A DNA stretch of 64,000 nt from NCBI GenBank assembly GCA_963804995.1, contig CAWDSK010000006.1:2080001-2144000 (forward strand), read 5' to 3'. This document shows positions 19,783 to 28,779 of the stretch, one piece after another; position 1 is the stretch's first letter, and each line of letters opens with the position of its first letter. The position numbers were made by a program, and so were the translations under genes. The DNA comes from an uncultured Acidobacteriota bacterium. GTDB lineage: Bacteria > Acidobacteriota > Terriglobia > UBA7540. The notes under the pieces are model-generated. The model saw only the letters and a list, made by a program, of their open reading frames with translations, was not told the DNA's origin and ran no database searches.

Positions 19783-20778
19783 ATGCGCGCGATGTTGCTG
19801 GACAAGCCGCGGCCGGCGGAAGAAAACCCTTTGCGTCTCACCGAGCTTCCGTTGCCCAATCCGGGCGCGGGCGAAATCCGCGTGCAGGTGCGTGCCTGCG
19901 GAGTTTGCCATACCGACCTGCACATCGTGGAAGGCGACCTCGCGCTGCCCAAGCTTCCGGTAGTTCCCGGTCATCAGATTGTCGGCACAGTAGACGCTCT
20001 GGGTGCAGGTGTCAGTGAATTCCGGGCGGGCGACCGCGTAGGTGTTCCCTGGCTCTACTGGACGGACGGCGAGTGCGCATACTGCCGCAAGGGGCTGGAG
20101 AATCTTTGCGACCGCGCGCGCTTTACGGGATTCCATGCCGACGGCGGCTACGCGGAAGCGATGGTGGTGCCCGCCGCGTTTGCTTATGCGCTTCCCGAGG
20201 GCTTTTCGGACCTGCAAGCCGCGCCCTTGCTCTGCGCCGGGATCATCGGCTATCGGGCCTTGCAGCTTTCGAACCTTGAAGCAGGCGGCCGGCTGGGGCT
20301 TTATGGATTTGGGGCTTCGGCGCACATCGTGATTCAAATCGCGCGGCACATGGGATGCGAAGTCTCGGTCTTCACTCGCGCGGAAACGCACCGGCGACTG
20401 GCGCGGGAGCTCGGGGCCGCCTGGGTAGGCGCAGCGGGTGAGCAGCCGCCCGCGCCGCTCGACGCCGCGATTATATTTGCGCCGGCGGGAAAACTCGTCC
20501 CTGAAGCCTTGCGCGCGCTGCGCAAGGGGGGAACGCTGGCGCTTGCCGGCATCACCATGTCCGCCCTTCCTGAGATGGACTACAAACTCCTCTACAACGA
20601 GCGCATTCTGCGCAGCGTGGCCAACAGCACGCGAGACGACGCCCGCAACCTGCTTCGCCTGGCCGCGGAAATTCCCATCCGAACGGAAGTTGAGACCTTT
20701 CCCCTGGCCGATGCAAACCACGCCCTCCAAAATCTTAAGAGCAGCAAAATTCACGGAGCAGGCGTGGTGGTGATCTGA
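19783..20778 (+). CDS. zinc-dependent alcohol dehydrogenase family protein
   Basis: CGVCHTD, GHQIVG, structural-Zn Cys cluster, APLLCAG, GLYGFGASA. Confidence 0.93.
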   Translation: MRAMLLDKPRPAEENPLRLTELPLPNPGAGEIRVQVRACGVCHTDLHIVEGDLALPKLPVVPGHQIVGTVDALGAGVSEFRAGDRVGVPWLYWTDGECAYCRKGLENLCDRARFTGFHADGGYAEAMVVPAAFAYALPEGFSDLQAAPLLCAGIIGYRALQLSNLEAGGRLGLYGFGASAHIVIQIARHMGCEVSVFTRAETHRRLARELGAAWVGAAGEQPPAPLDAAIIFAPAGKLVPEALRALRKGGTLALAGITMSALPEMDYKLLYNERILRSVANSTRDDARNLLRLAAEIPIRTEVETFPLADANHALQNLKSSKIHGAGVVVI

Positions 20779-20791
20779 AAAGGCGCGATGC

Positions 20792-21664
20792 TTATATGGG
20801 GCGTTCGATGCGCATTCCGGTCAGGGACGTCGCCATCTCGCTGATTTTATAAGCGACACCGTGGGAGAACAATCCATCCGTGGGCTTCTCGTCGACGTAA
20901 ACGATATTGGCAGGTACAAAAATGTTGGCGGCCCCGGGCGTGTAAGGCAGGGCGGCCTCGACGGAGGTCCCGATGGGGTACCGCAGGCGGCTCTTGAAGC
21001 GAAAGCCTCCCCGCGAGATGTTTTCGGTTGTGGCGATCGCTTCCCCAATCTCCGGGTGCCGGACCAGGACATCCACCTTCAGGCCGATGCGCGCGTCGCG
21101 TCGCTCATTACTCGTGCGGAGGGGCAGCACCGTCACTGAGCCCATCGCTGCTGCCGCTTCCTTGGCCTCACGGAGCGCGGCCTGTCTCCACAGGCTGGTT
21201 CCCACGCCTTTGCATTGCCGGCAGGACCGCAACAGGCTCTCGTTGGCCAGCAGAACTTCCAGGGCAAAAACATCCAGGTGGACGACTTCCTGGGTGTGGC
21301 AGCGGATGCATTCCAGTAGGACGCGCCCCGCGGCTTCATGGGCCTCCGCCGGCGTGGGAAACTCAATGTCCCAGAGATTCACATGGGAGTCCAAGACTTC
21401 CAGGCCGTAGTAATAGCCTTCATCGACCTCCCCGATCTGCCCCACCACCCGGGTGGTGGTTTCGACGCCGGTCTTGAAGCAGCGCAGGCTCAGCGCTTGC
21501 TGGGGAAGCAGCACGCGCGCGGAAAGGATCTTGGCGCCGTGCCGGCTGACCACCAGGGTCTGAGTCCGTTCGGTGAAGCTCCTGCCACCGGCGTCGACAC
21601 CACTGATTTGAATTCCCAACTCCAGATAGACGCGATCACTGCGGCGTTTTGTTTCAGGATCCAT
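20792..21664 (-). CDS. tandem PilZ-domain protein with CxxC...CxxC linker
   Basis: RRSDR...VSRHG and RRDAR...NISRGG PilZ motifs; CIRC and CRQC between them. Confidence 0.85.
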   Translation of the reverse strand: MDPETKRRSDRVYLELGIQISGVDAGGRSFTERTQTLVVSRHGAKILSARVLLPQQALSLRCFKTGVETTTRVVGQIGEVDEGYYYGLEVLDSHVNLWDIEFPTPAEAHEAAGRVLLECIRCHTQEVVHLDVFALEVLLANESLLRSCRQCKGVGTSLWRQAALREAKEAAAAMGSVTVLPLRTSNERRDARIGLKVDVLVRHPEIGEAIATTENISRGGFRFKSRLRYPIGTSVEAALPYTPGAANIFVPANIVYVDEKPTDGLFSHGVAYKISEMATSLTGMRIERPI

Positions 21665-21730
21665 GGCGCACCTCACATTCGCGACAAGCGCTCTGGATAA
21701 ACTCGCTCGACGTGGCCTTTCAGTGGCCGG

Positions 21731-21759
21731 AATATAGTTGAAGGGCATGGGGTTGTCAA
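21731..21759 (-). promoter_or_regulatory. sigma70-like promoter for the PilZ gene
   Basis: Minus strand TTGACA-17 nt-TATATT. Confidence 0.65.
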
Positions 21760-22103
21760 CTTGGTTTTTCGCCCTGAGTTCTTGATTCTTTGCGCGTCCT
21801 CTCCCTGGTAGCTTCTTTTTTCGGAGCGTCCGCATCCCATTCACACCCATATGAATATTGATGACGGCAACTTTCCGAAGGTTCGGAGGCAAGGTTCAAA
21901 ATGGAAATGTGGACTTACATGATCGCGGTGGGGGCACTTGCGCAGCCGGAAGAGGAGTCATCGCCCGCGACAACTTTGACACCATCGCGGTGCTGGAGCT
22001 TGCGCAGAACTAAAGCGGGGTGTTAACCGGGGCTGCCGGGTGTACACTCACAGTTACCCATGAATCTCAAATGGAAATCGTGGGTGTGTGACCGAAGCTG
22101 GCT

Positions 22104-22571
22104 ATGAATCGTAAACGATGGGTGCTCATGGCAGTGGCGCTATTCTTTGGGGGAGTTCTTGTGGGCTACTTCGTGGGCCAAGCATTCCGACAGAACCCGC
22201 TTCAGAAACAGGAGCGTATTCAGCAAGGACAGTCAGGCACAAAGCTGGGGCCCTGGGAGACGCGGTTCAAGCCCCCCACCTCAATTCGGTTGCCAGATGC
22301 AAACCCCGTGGTCACATTTGAATTTGGGAGAGTCGAACGGGTGGTTTATGACAACCTGACTGTTACAATTACGAATATGACAGGCGGCCAATATACCCTG
22401 TCGTACATGGTTTTCGGTTACGATTCAAAGGGAAGGCGCGTGAGTGAAGGGGAGGCTGAGTTCCAAATCGGCAGCCGCGAGAGCGTGGTCAGAGAAATTC
22501 AGCTACAAACCTATGGGCTGGGACCCCGCCATGCTTCCTCTTTCCTCCTTGTGACAAGGATCGACCAATGA
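22104..22571 (+). CDS. hypothetical membrane-anchored protein with beta-rich (FxLYD-like) domain
   Basis: N-terminal TM helix; 'VTITNMTG...VFGYDSKGRRV' beta-sandwich pattern. Confidence 0.65.
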   Translation: MNRKRWVLMAVALFFGGVLVGYFVGQAFRQNPLQKQERIQQGQSGTKLGPWETRFKPPTSIRLPDANPVVTFEFGRVERVVYDNLTVTITNMTGGQYTLSYMVFGYDSKGRRVSEGEAEFQIGSRESVVREIQLQTYGLGPRHASSFLLVTRIDQ

Positions 22572-22605
22572 TAGGTAAGCCAATGCAGACGGGAGAGAAA
22601 TTCGG

Positions 22606-22821
22606 ATGAAATCGATACAGGAAGCTACTCGACGCTATGTCAAGAAGTCAGTGATGGCTTTCCTGGAAGGTGAGAAAGACCTTAGGTGGATTAGTGGAGT
22701 TCTTCGCCACTCCGGGCTAGCGAAAGAACCGACTAAAGCGATCCTTCTTTCTTTAGGGGATTACGGAGACCGTGGCCGCGCAAAGGCTCTTTTGAATTGG
22801 TTTGAGTCATCTGACCGGTAA
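22606..22821 (+). CDS. small hypothetical protein
   Basis: 71-aa ATG ORF with GGAGAG RBS, co-oriented within the islet. Confidence 0.5.
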   Translation: MKSIQEATRRYVKKSVMAFLEGEKDLRWISGVLRHSGLAKEPTKAILLSLGDYGDRGRAKALLNWFESSDR

Positions 22822-22897
22822 GGAAAGGAAGTCCGCTTGCTAACTTTGTGGGACATCGCAACGGAAGACGCGTACATTGCGTGAGGGGAAGTTTCTC

Positions 22898-23386
22898 ATG
22901 AGTTCGGTCCCTTGCTGGGTATGCCCTTCATGTAATGCATGGGTCTCGGTGGACTTCAGCACCTGCCCAGGTTGCGGGCATTCCTCTCCCTTTACGCATC
23001 CGCCGACTTCGCCTGCCACAGAAACTCGTAGTGGAACGAGTACGGTTTGCAGGATTAAGTTTCTTGTCCAGGGTTCTGAAGCAGAGCCTTACGAGACTGT
23101 ATTTTCCAAGCAAGGTGACAGGGTTACCGCAACATGCTCCTGCCCTGCGGGCGTCAAGGGTCTCAGGGGTATGTGTTGCAAGCATCGAACCAGAATACTT
23201 CGAGGCGGTACCGATGGAATAGTGAGCGCAAATATCGGAGACGTCAAAATTGTGCAGGGATGGATAGCAGGTTCGGACATTGAAATTGCATGTCAGAGGC
23301 TTTCAGAAGGTGAAGCTGATCTTGAACGGGCAAGGAAGAAAGTTGCTGCTGCAAAAAAGGTACTCGCAAAGGTGATGTCGAAATAA
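22898..23386 (+). CDS. zinc ribbon + SWIM zinc finger + coiled-coil protein
   Basis: CPSC...CPGC ribbon; CSC...CKH SWIM signature; C-terminal heptad helix. Confidence 0.7.
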   Translation: MSSVPCWVCPSCNAWVSVDFSTCPGCGHSSPFTHPPTSPATETRSGTSTVCRIKFLVQGSEAEPYETVFSKQGDRVTATCSCPAGVKGLRGMCCKHRTRILRGGTDGIVSANIGDVKIVQGWIAGSDIEIACQRLSEGEADLERARKKVAAAKKVLAKVMSK

Positions 23387-23509
23387 CACCCCGCAAGCCC
23401 CGGATTCCTTGCGATTGTCTGGTAGCGGTCAGAGCAGTCTTGACGTGCAGGACCATCAAATTGCGGGGATGCACCGCCTCAAACGACACCTGTCCGCCGA
23501 AAACCGCGT

Positions 23510-24952
23510 TTATGATCCGACAGGCTCTTTCGGCTTGCGGCGCGTGGAGGGCTTACGGGTTCCCGTCTTCGTTCCTGATTTGGCAGCGCGCGGTTTGCGT
23601 GGCTTGCGCTCCGGAGCAGCCTCGACAGGAGCAACTTCCTCCACAACCGGCGACTCAGGCGGCGCTTCCGGCACCGGAACTTCGTCCGGTTGCTCGATGA
23701 CATCCCAGTTCACATCGGTCTCTACCGGCTGAACTTCCGGCTCAAGAATTTCCGGCGCTTCCGGCGCAACCTCAGTGGGAACAGCCGGGGCCGCGGCAGG
23801 CGCGGTGGCAGGGAATACTCGCCACACACCCTTGCGATCGCGGTGCAAGCGCAGCCAGCCTTCGCGTTGCGCCTGATGGAGAAGGTCAAGCAACCCGCGA
23901 AATCCGGAGCGTTCGTCGATGGAAGCGCCTGCCGCGCGCAAGACCTGGCGAATCTGGCGCAGGTAAACGGGGCGGTTCGGCGCCTTCTCAAAATGGGCAG
24001 GCAGAGCCTGCCGCAATGCCGTCAGGGCTTCCTCCAGGCTGGCGGTGGGAGCGGCGGGGGCAACCGCTTCAACCTGCGCGGCGCTGGGCGCAGCAGCAGC
24101 CTCACTGGCCGCGGTTTCTGCCGCAGGCTCAGCTTCCGCCGCAGCCTCCGCCGTCGGCTCCGGAGGAGCTTCGCGTGTGCCCTCGACCTCCAAAGCTTCC
24201 ACCAGATAACCACGATCGGTGCGGCGCATCTCCACCAGTCCGGCCTTGCGGAGCTTTTGGATAAATTCCAGAAACGACCCGGCGCCGAAGTCGCGCTCGC
24301 TGAAAGTAGCATCGAGCTGCAGCAGGGTGCTCTTCAACAGGCCGAGTTGAGGGGCAACTTCCCGCTCCGCCAGAATCTGCAGGGCGCGCTGGATATTCGG
24401 CAGCGCCGAGGAAATCGCGCGGCTTTCCGAACTGCGGGCGGTGGAACGCTGGGAGCGCGCGCTGCGGGACCCATCGCCTCCGGTCTTGAGCAGATTCTCG
24501 TAAGAGATGAACTCGTGGCAGTTGCGCTGCAGAATGCCGCTGGTGAACTGACGCCCGCCCACCACGAACACCCGCTTGTCATACTGCTTCAGCTTTTCCA
24601 CCAGGGCGATGAAATCGCTGTCGCCTCCCACGATCACAAAAGTGTTGATGTGATCGCGTGTGAAGGCCATTTCCAGGGCGTCGAGCGCCAGATTAATGTC
24701 CGCACCGTTCTTGTCGCCGCGGGGCGTCACGCTGCGCTGCACCATGTGCACGGCGTGTTGGGTCATCTCGCGGCTATACTCGCCGGCGCGCGGCCAGTCG
24801 CCGTAAGCAATCTTGCTGACCACCTCACCGCGTTCCTTAAGGGCCTCCAGAACGATGGAGACGTCGAAATCTTTCCCCATCGTGTCTTTGACACCAATCT
24901 GAATATTGTCGAAGTCAATAAAAACCGCTATCTTCAGTCTTTCTTCCAGCAC
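23510..24952 (-). CDS. NYN (LabA/DUF88) domain protein with LOTUS/OST-HTH domains
   Basis: FIDFDN, AYGDW, KNGADI, GGDSDF; FSERDFG..SF and a second similar HTH; Pro/Ala-rich tail. Confidence 0.92.
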   Translation of the reverse strand: MLEERLKIAVFIDFDNIQIGVKDTMGKDFDVSIVLEALKERGEVVSKIAYGDWPRAGEYSREMTQHAVHMVQRSVTPRGDKNGADINLALDALEMAFTRDHINTFVIVGGDSDFIALVEKLKQYDKRVFVVGGRQFTSGILQRNCHEFISYENLLKTGGDGSRSARSQRSTARSSESRAISSALPNIQRALQILAEREVAPQLGLLKSTLLQLDATFSERDFGAGSFLEFIQKLRKAGLVEMRRTDRGYLVEALEVEGTREAPPEPTAEAAAEAEPAAETAASEAAAAPSAAQVEAVAPAAPTASLEEALTALRQALPAHFEKAPNRPVYLRQIRQVLRAAGASIDERSGFRGLLDLLHQAQREGWLRLHRDRKGVWRVFPATAPAAAPAVPTEVAPEAPEILEPEVQPVETDVNWDVIEQPDEVPVPEAPPESPVVEEVAPVEAAPERKPRKPRAAKSGTKTGTRKPSTRRKPKEPVGS

Positions 24953-25188
24953 ATTCCCTTCTTTCACCCAGGTTGCCCGCGGCAGACTCGGCCGTGGTGG
25001 CACTACTCGGGATGTTACATTACATTTAACATCATACTCCTAAACGTCCCATCTTGGCACTTCCTGAATTAAACGTTTGATGTTGTAGCGGCGAGTTTAC
25101 CTCGCCATAGGGCGGCGTAAAGCTAGACTTGTCCAGATTAGCGAAGCCTTCGAGTGGTCAACGTGGCTCTGCCTCCTGTCATGAAAAA

Positions 25189-25352
25189 GCTCCCCTCCTC
25201 AGATGAGGAGGGGTGGCGCGCCGAGCGCCGGGGTGGTGCTGATGCTTGCCACACGCCGCCCGGCGGATCGAATAACCACCCCGTCGCTATCAGGTGCTCG
25301 CGTAACCACCCCGTCGCCTTCGGCGCCACCCCTCCTAAATCAGGAGGGGAGT
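25189..25352. repeat. REPIN family B (CTCCCCTCCTCAGATGAGGAGGGG...CCACCCC)
   Basis: Homologues at 30099-30195, 44081-44215 and 51190-51335. Confidence 0.85.
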
Positions 25353-25458
25353 TACCCCGCCCATTTTCATCATCAGTGGCGCTCCGAAAGAGAATGGGCG
25401 TCTGTGCGGAAGAGTTATGCCCTTCCGGGTTCGCCCCCAGCGCCTTCGCATGCTGAAT

Positions 25459-26415
25459 TCAACGAAGATACATTAGCGTCTCATCGATAAGCCGCTGGGT
25501 TCCCGCGTAAGGCTCGCCATCGCCTTCCCACTCCATGGAGAAATATCCGCGGTAACCCTCGGCCTGCGCTATGTCAAAGCACTTCTTCACATCGACGCTG
25601 TGGAATTTTCCCGCGTCGTCGCCTTCGGAATCCTTCATGTGCGCGATGTTGTAAGCGTACTTGAACAGGGCCGCCATGGCGCGATCATTGAACTCCTGAT
25701 CGTGGGTCATCATGGAATTGCAGAAATCCGGCAAGGCGCGCAGATAGGGGCTGCTGACTTTTTCGATGATCTGGACGAGGAAGAAGGGGTCTTCCGTCAG
25801 GTTGTCGTCATTCTCCAGCGTGACGATGACCTGCTTTGAGGCACCGTACTCGGCAAGTTGCTTCAAGCTCTCCGCCGCGCGTTCCACGTGCGGGGCAACT
25901 GCGCGCGCGCCCTGGATGTGGGTGCGAATGCTGGGTGAACCAATTACCGCTGCAACGTCCACCCATTTCTTGCCGTTCACGACGGCCGTTTGGCGCTTGG
26001 CCGGGTCGGTATCGTAGAAACAAGCGCGCACGCTGCAGGGGATATCGACGGTGTGGCAATCCGCCTTGGCCACGGCCTCCCGAAGGCGCTTGAGGTAGGC
26101 GGGATCCGTCGAGTAGAAGTGGTCACCCAGGAGTTCGACGTTATGAACGCCAAAGCGCTGGACGATCATGGCGGGAAACTCCGTCAAGTTCATCTTGGTC
26201 GCCTTGGAATCACGGCCATAACGATTGCCGGGAGCGTCGATGAACATGCGAAAGGGCCAGGAGGTAATCGCCAGTCGGTCGTGGGGCCGGGTGGGAAAGG
26301 TCAAATGCGGCTCAGCGGGCTGTGCCCAAAGGCGCGGCGGGAAACCCAGAGTTGCTGCGCCTGCTGCCAGGACAGCCGATTCCTTGAGGAACTGCCGTCG
26401 AGAGTTCTGTTTCAT
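25459..26415 (-). CDS. Tat-exported sugar phosphate isomerase/epimerase (xylose isomerase-like TIM barrel)
   Basis: SRRQFL Tat motif; LEND, LPDFCN, HMKD and SMEWE metal ligands. Confidence 0.88.
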   Translation of the reverse strand: MKQNSRRQFLKESAVLAAGAATLGFPPRLWAQPAEPHLTFPTRPHDRLAITSWPFRMFIDAPGNRYGRDSKATKMNLTEFPAMIVQRFGVHNVELLGDHFYSTDPAYLKRLREAVAKADCHTVDIPCSVRACFYDTDPAKRQTAVVNGKKWVDVAAVIGSPSIRTHIQGARAVAPHVERAAESLKQLAEYGASKQVIVTLENDDNLTEDPFFLVQIIEKVSSPYLRALPDFCNSMMTHDQEFNDRAMAALFKYAYNIAHMKDSEGDDAGKFHSVDVKKCFDIAQAEGYRGYFSMEWEGDGEPYAGTQRLIDETLMYLR

Positions 26416-26561
26416 AAAGTTTTCCTCCTCCACATCAAGGCTGCGAATGAATTCTGCTCAGTGATCCGAGCGCGGTGATAGAATCTGTCTCTCTTTCCGG
26501 GAGTGTCAAGCTGAATTTGGTTGGCGCTCCCCGTGGTAAAAACCCAACCTAGAGGTATACG

Positions 26562-27737
26562 ATGGCAAAAACGGTTAAAGTCGGAATTGTAGGCGCGGGC
26601 TTCGCGGCGCGCTTTCATTGGCAAGGTTACCAGCGCGTCCACAACGTGCCGGTGGAAGTTGTGGGAGTGACCGACCTCTCCGGAAGGTCACGCCAGAAAT
26701 TCCATCACGAGCATAACGTAAAGTCTTTTGCCACCTTTGAGGAGTTGTGCGATGCGGTCGACGTGGTGGATCTTTGCACGCCGCCCTCAACGCACGAAGA
26801 GATGGCGGTTCGAGGCTTCGAACGCGGCAAGCACGTGATTATCGAGAAGCCGTTCACGGGCTATTACGGCCCCGGGACTGCAGATTTCCGCGGCAACACT
26901 TTCAGCAAGGAAGTCATGCTGCGCGAAGCGATGGCAAGCTGCGATCGCATCCTCGCGGCCGCGCGCGCTGCAAAAAGGCGGATCGGCTACGCGGAGAACT
27001 GGGTCTATGCGCCGGCCATTGCCAAGGAGCGCGAGATTCTGATCAAGAGTGGCGGGCAACTGCTTTGGATGATCGGAGATGAATCCCACAGCGGCTCCCA
27101 TTCTCCCTACTACGGCATGTGGAAATTCTCCGGAGGTGGATCGATGGTGGGGAAAGGCTGCCACCCGCTGTCCGCGTTGCTCCACCTGAAGCGGGTGGAA
27201 GGCCAAGCGCGTGATCACAAGCCGATCCGCCCGGCCACCGTCTCCGCGCGCACGCACGAGCTGACGCGCATGAAGAATTTCCGCGATGCGGGTTTCCTGC
27301 GCACCACGTATGATGACATCGAAGATTACTGCCAGATACACGTCACGTTTGAGGACGGCACGGTGGCCGACATTTTTTCTTCGGAGCTTGTCCTGGGGGG
27401 TGTGCACAACTGGCTTGAGGTCTTCGCGAACAATCATCGGACCCGGTGCAATCTTAATCCCGTGGACGCGCTCGAAACTTTCAACCCGCGCGAGGACATC
27501 CTGAAGGACGTTTATCTGACGGAGAAGCTGGGCACCAAGCAGGGCTGGAGCCGTCCCGCGCCGGATGAAGATTGGCAACATGGCTACCCGCAGGAGTTCC
27601 AGGATTTTGTGGAGAGTTTTGCGGCCAACCGCGACCCGCTCGCCAGCGGGGAACTGGCGCGCGACACAATTGCCGTGCTTTACACAGGTTATCTCTCCGC
27701 GGAGCGTCGCGGGACGGAGGTGGAGATTCCTGGTTAG
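26562..27737 (+). CDS. Gfo/Idh/MocA family oxidoreductase
   Basis: GIVGAGF, TPPSTH, IEKP, GGGSMVGKGCH. Confidence 0.92.
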   Translation: MAKTVKVGIVGAGFAARFHWQGYQRVHNVPVEVVGVTDLSGRSRQKFHHEHNVKSFATFEELCDAVDVVDLCTPPSTHEEMAVRGFERGKHVIIEKPFTGYYGPGTADFRGNTFSKEVMLREAMASCDRILAAARAAKRRIGYAENWVYAPAIAKEREILIKSGGQLLWMIGDESHSGSHSPYYGMWKFSGGGSMVGKGCHPLSALLHLKRVEGQARDHKPIRPATVSARTHELTRMKNFRDAGFLRTTYDDIEDYCQIHVTFEDGTVADIFSSELVLGGVHNWLEVFANNHRTRCNLNPVDALETFNPREDILKDVYLTEKLGTKQGWSRPAPDEDWQHGYPQEFQDFVESFAANRDPLASGELARDTIAVLYTGYLSAERRGTEVEIPG

Positions 27738-28019
27738 CCGGGAGTCTTGGCCCCCAGCCAGCTTGACAGGCCCCCCCTGCGGAGGGGGGGGCGGCATGTC
27801 CGACAATTTTTGTCACTTACTATTCCACTCTGTGTCTACCTGTGCTAGGGTATGGCGGGCAGAAAAACGGAACTTCTCTATTTTCATCCAGTCAGGGGTA
27901 ACGCCGAGGACGTAAGTTGGTATCTGACGTGCATTTGAGGGTTTCAGCCCGGGTTCGCTGCAATTGGCATGTAAGCGGATTCGTGTGGTGTGCTTGTCCT
28001 TGGGGGAGGAGAACAGGCA

Positions 28020-28508
28020 ATGCATCGTAACCAAAAGGGGTTCTCGCTAGTCGAGTTGCTGATTGTCGTGACGATTATTTTGATCATCGCTGCGATAGCT
28101 ATCCCAAACTTTATACGCAGCCGGATCGCCGCGAACCAAGCCTCGGCCATCGAGAGCCTGCGGACCATTACCACCGCCGAGGTAACTTATTCCTCGACTT
28201 ATGGCCAGGGGTTTACCCTCACCCTCACGGTACTGGCTCCTCCTCCCAACGGTCAGAGCGCGACCTCAACCGCCGCGGGTTTGCTGGATGATGTGCTCGC
28301 GGCTGGATACAAGAGTGGTTACAGCTTCTTTTATACGCCCACCGACTTCAATGTGAGCACCAACCAGTATTACGGGTACACCGTTCAGGCCAATCCTTCG
28401 ACATACGGCCAGACAGGCGGTATGTATTACTATTGCGACCAGACCGGCGTGATTCGTGGAAACCCGACGACTCAGGCCGCCTCAACCGACACGGCAGTGG
28501 CGAACTAG
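28020..28508 (+). CDS. type IV pilin-like protein
   Basis: Prepilin cleavage motif KG/FSLVELLIVV..I.IIAAIAIP; C-terminal DQTGVIR. Confidence 0.92.
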   Translation: MHRNQKGFSLVELLIVVTIILIIAAIAIPNFIRSRIAANQASAIESLRTITTAEVTYSSTYGQGFTLTLTVLAPPPNGQSATSTAAGLLDDVLAAGYKSGYSFFYTPTDFNVSTNQYYGYTVQANPSTYGQTGGMYYYCDQTGVIRGNPTTQAASTDTAVAN

Positions 28509-28588
28509 GTCGCTGCAACCTCATCCCAGGGCCAATTCTTTCCTCCTTATTCAAACCTCAATCCTCGATGGGTACAAATTGAACTGAT

Positions 28589-28747
28589 AGCCCTCTCCGA
28601 GGGGTCGCAGATTCGCCGTGGCGGAAGAGGGTGGACCGCTGTCCCGATGCATTCTATCGGGAGGCGGGACGGGCCTACGCCCACCGAAGGGGCATCTGGG
28701 AGCAGTAAACCACATTTCAGCTTCGACCCGCAGGCGGGTGAGGGGTT
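28589..28747. repeat. REPIN family C (CCCTCTCC..GAGGG / GGCGGGACGGGTGAGGGG)
   Basis: Homologues at 13527-13630, 46413-46695, 48488-48640, 50863-51060 and 60610-60768. Confidence 0.85.
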
Positions 28748-28779
28748 ACTTCGTCACCTGACGAACGGACCCGCCCCCT

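Noticed and set aside
22104..23400. Integron cassette array
   Set aside because: No recognisable attC sites between the ORFs and no integrase
25138..25490. Short ORFs spanning repeat elements (also 19253-19963, 50786-51069, 55946-56398, 60575-60875)
   Set aside because: Translations of palindromic repeats, not credible proteins
27850..27990. c-di-GMP riboswitch or sigma54 promoter upstream of the pilin
   Set aside because: No GEMM consensus; TGGCAT is present but the -12 position reads GA rather than GC
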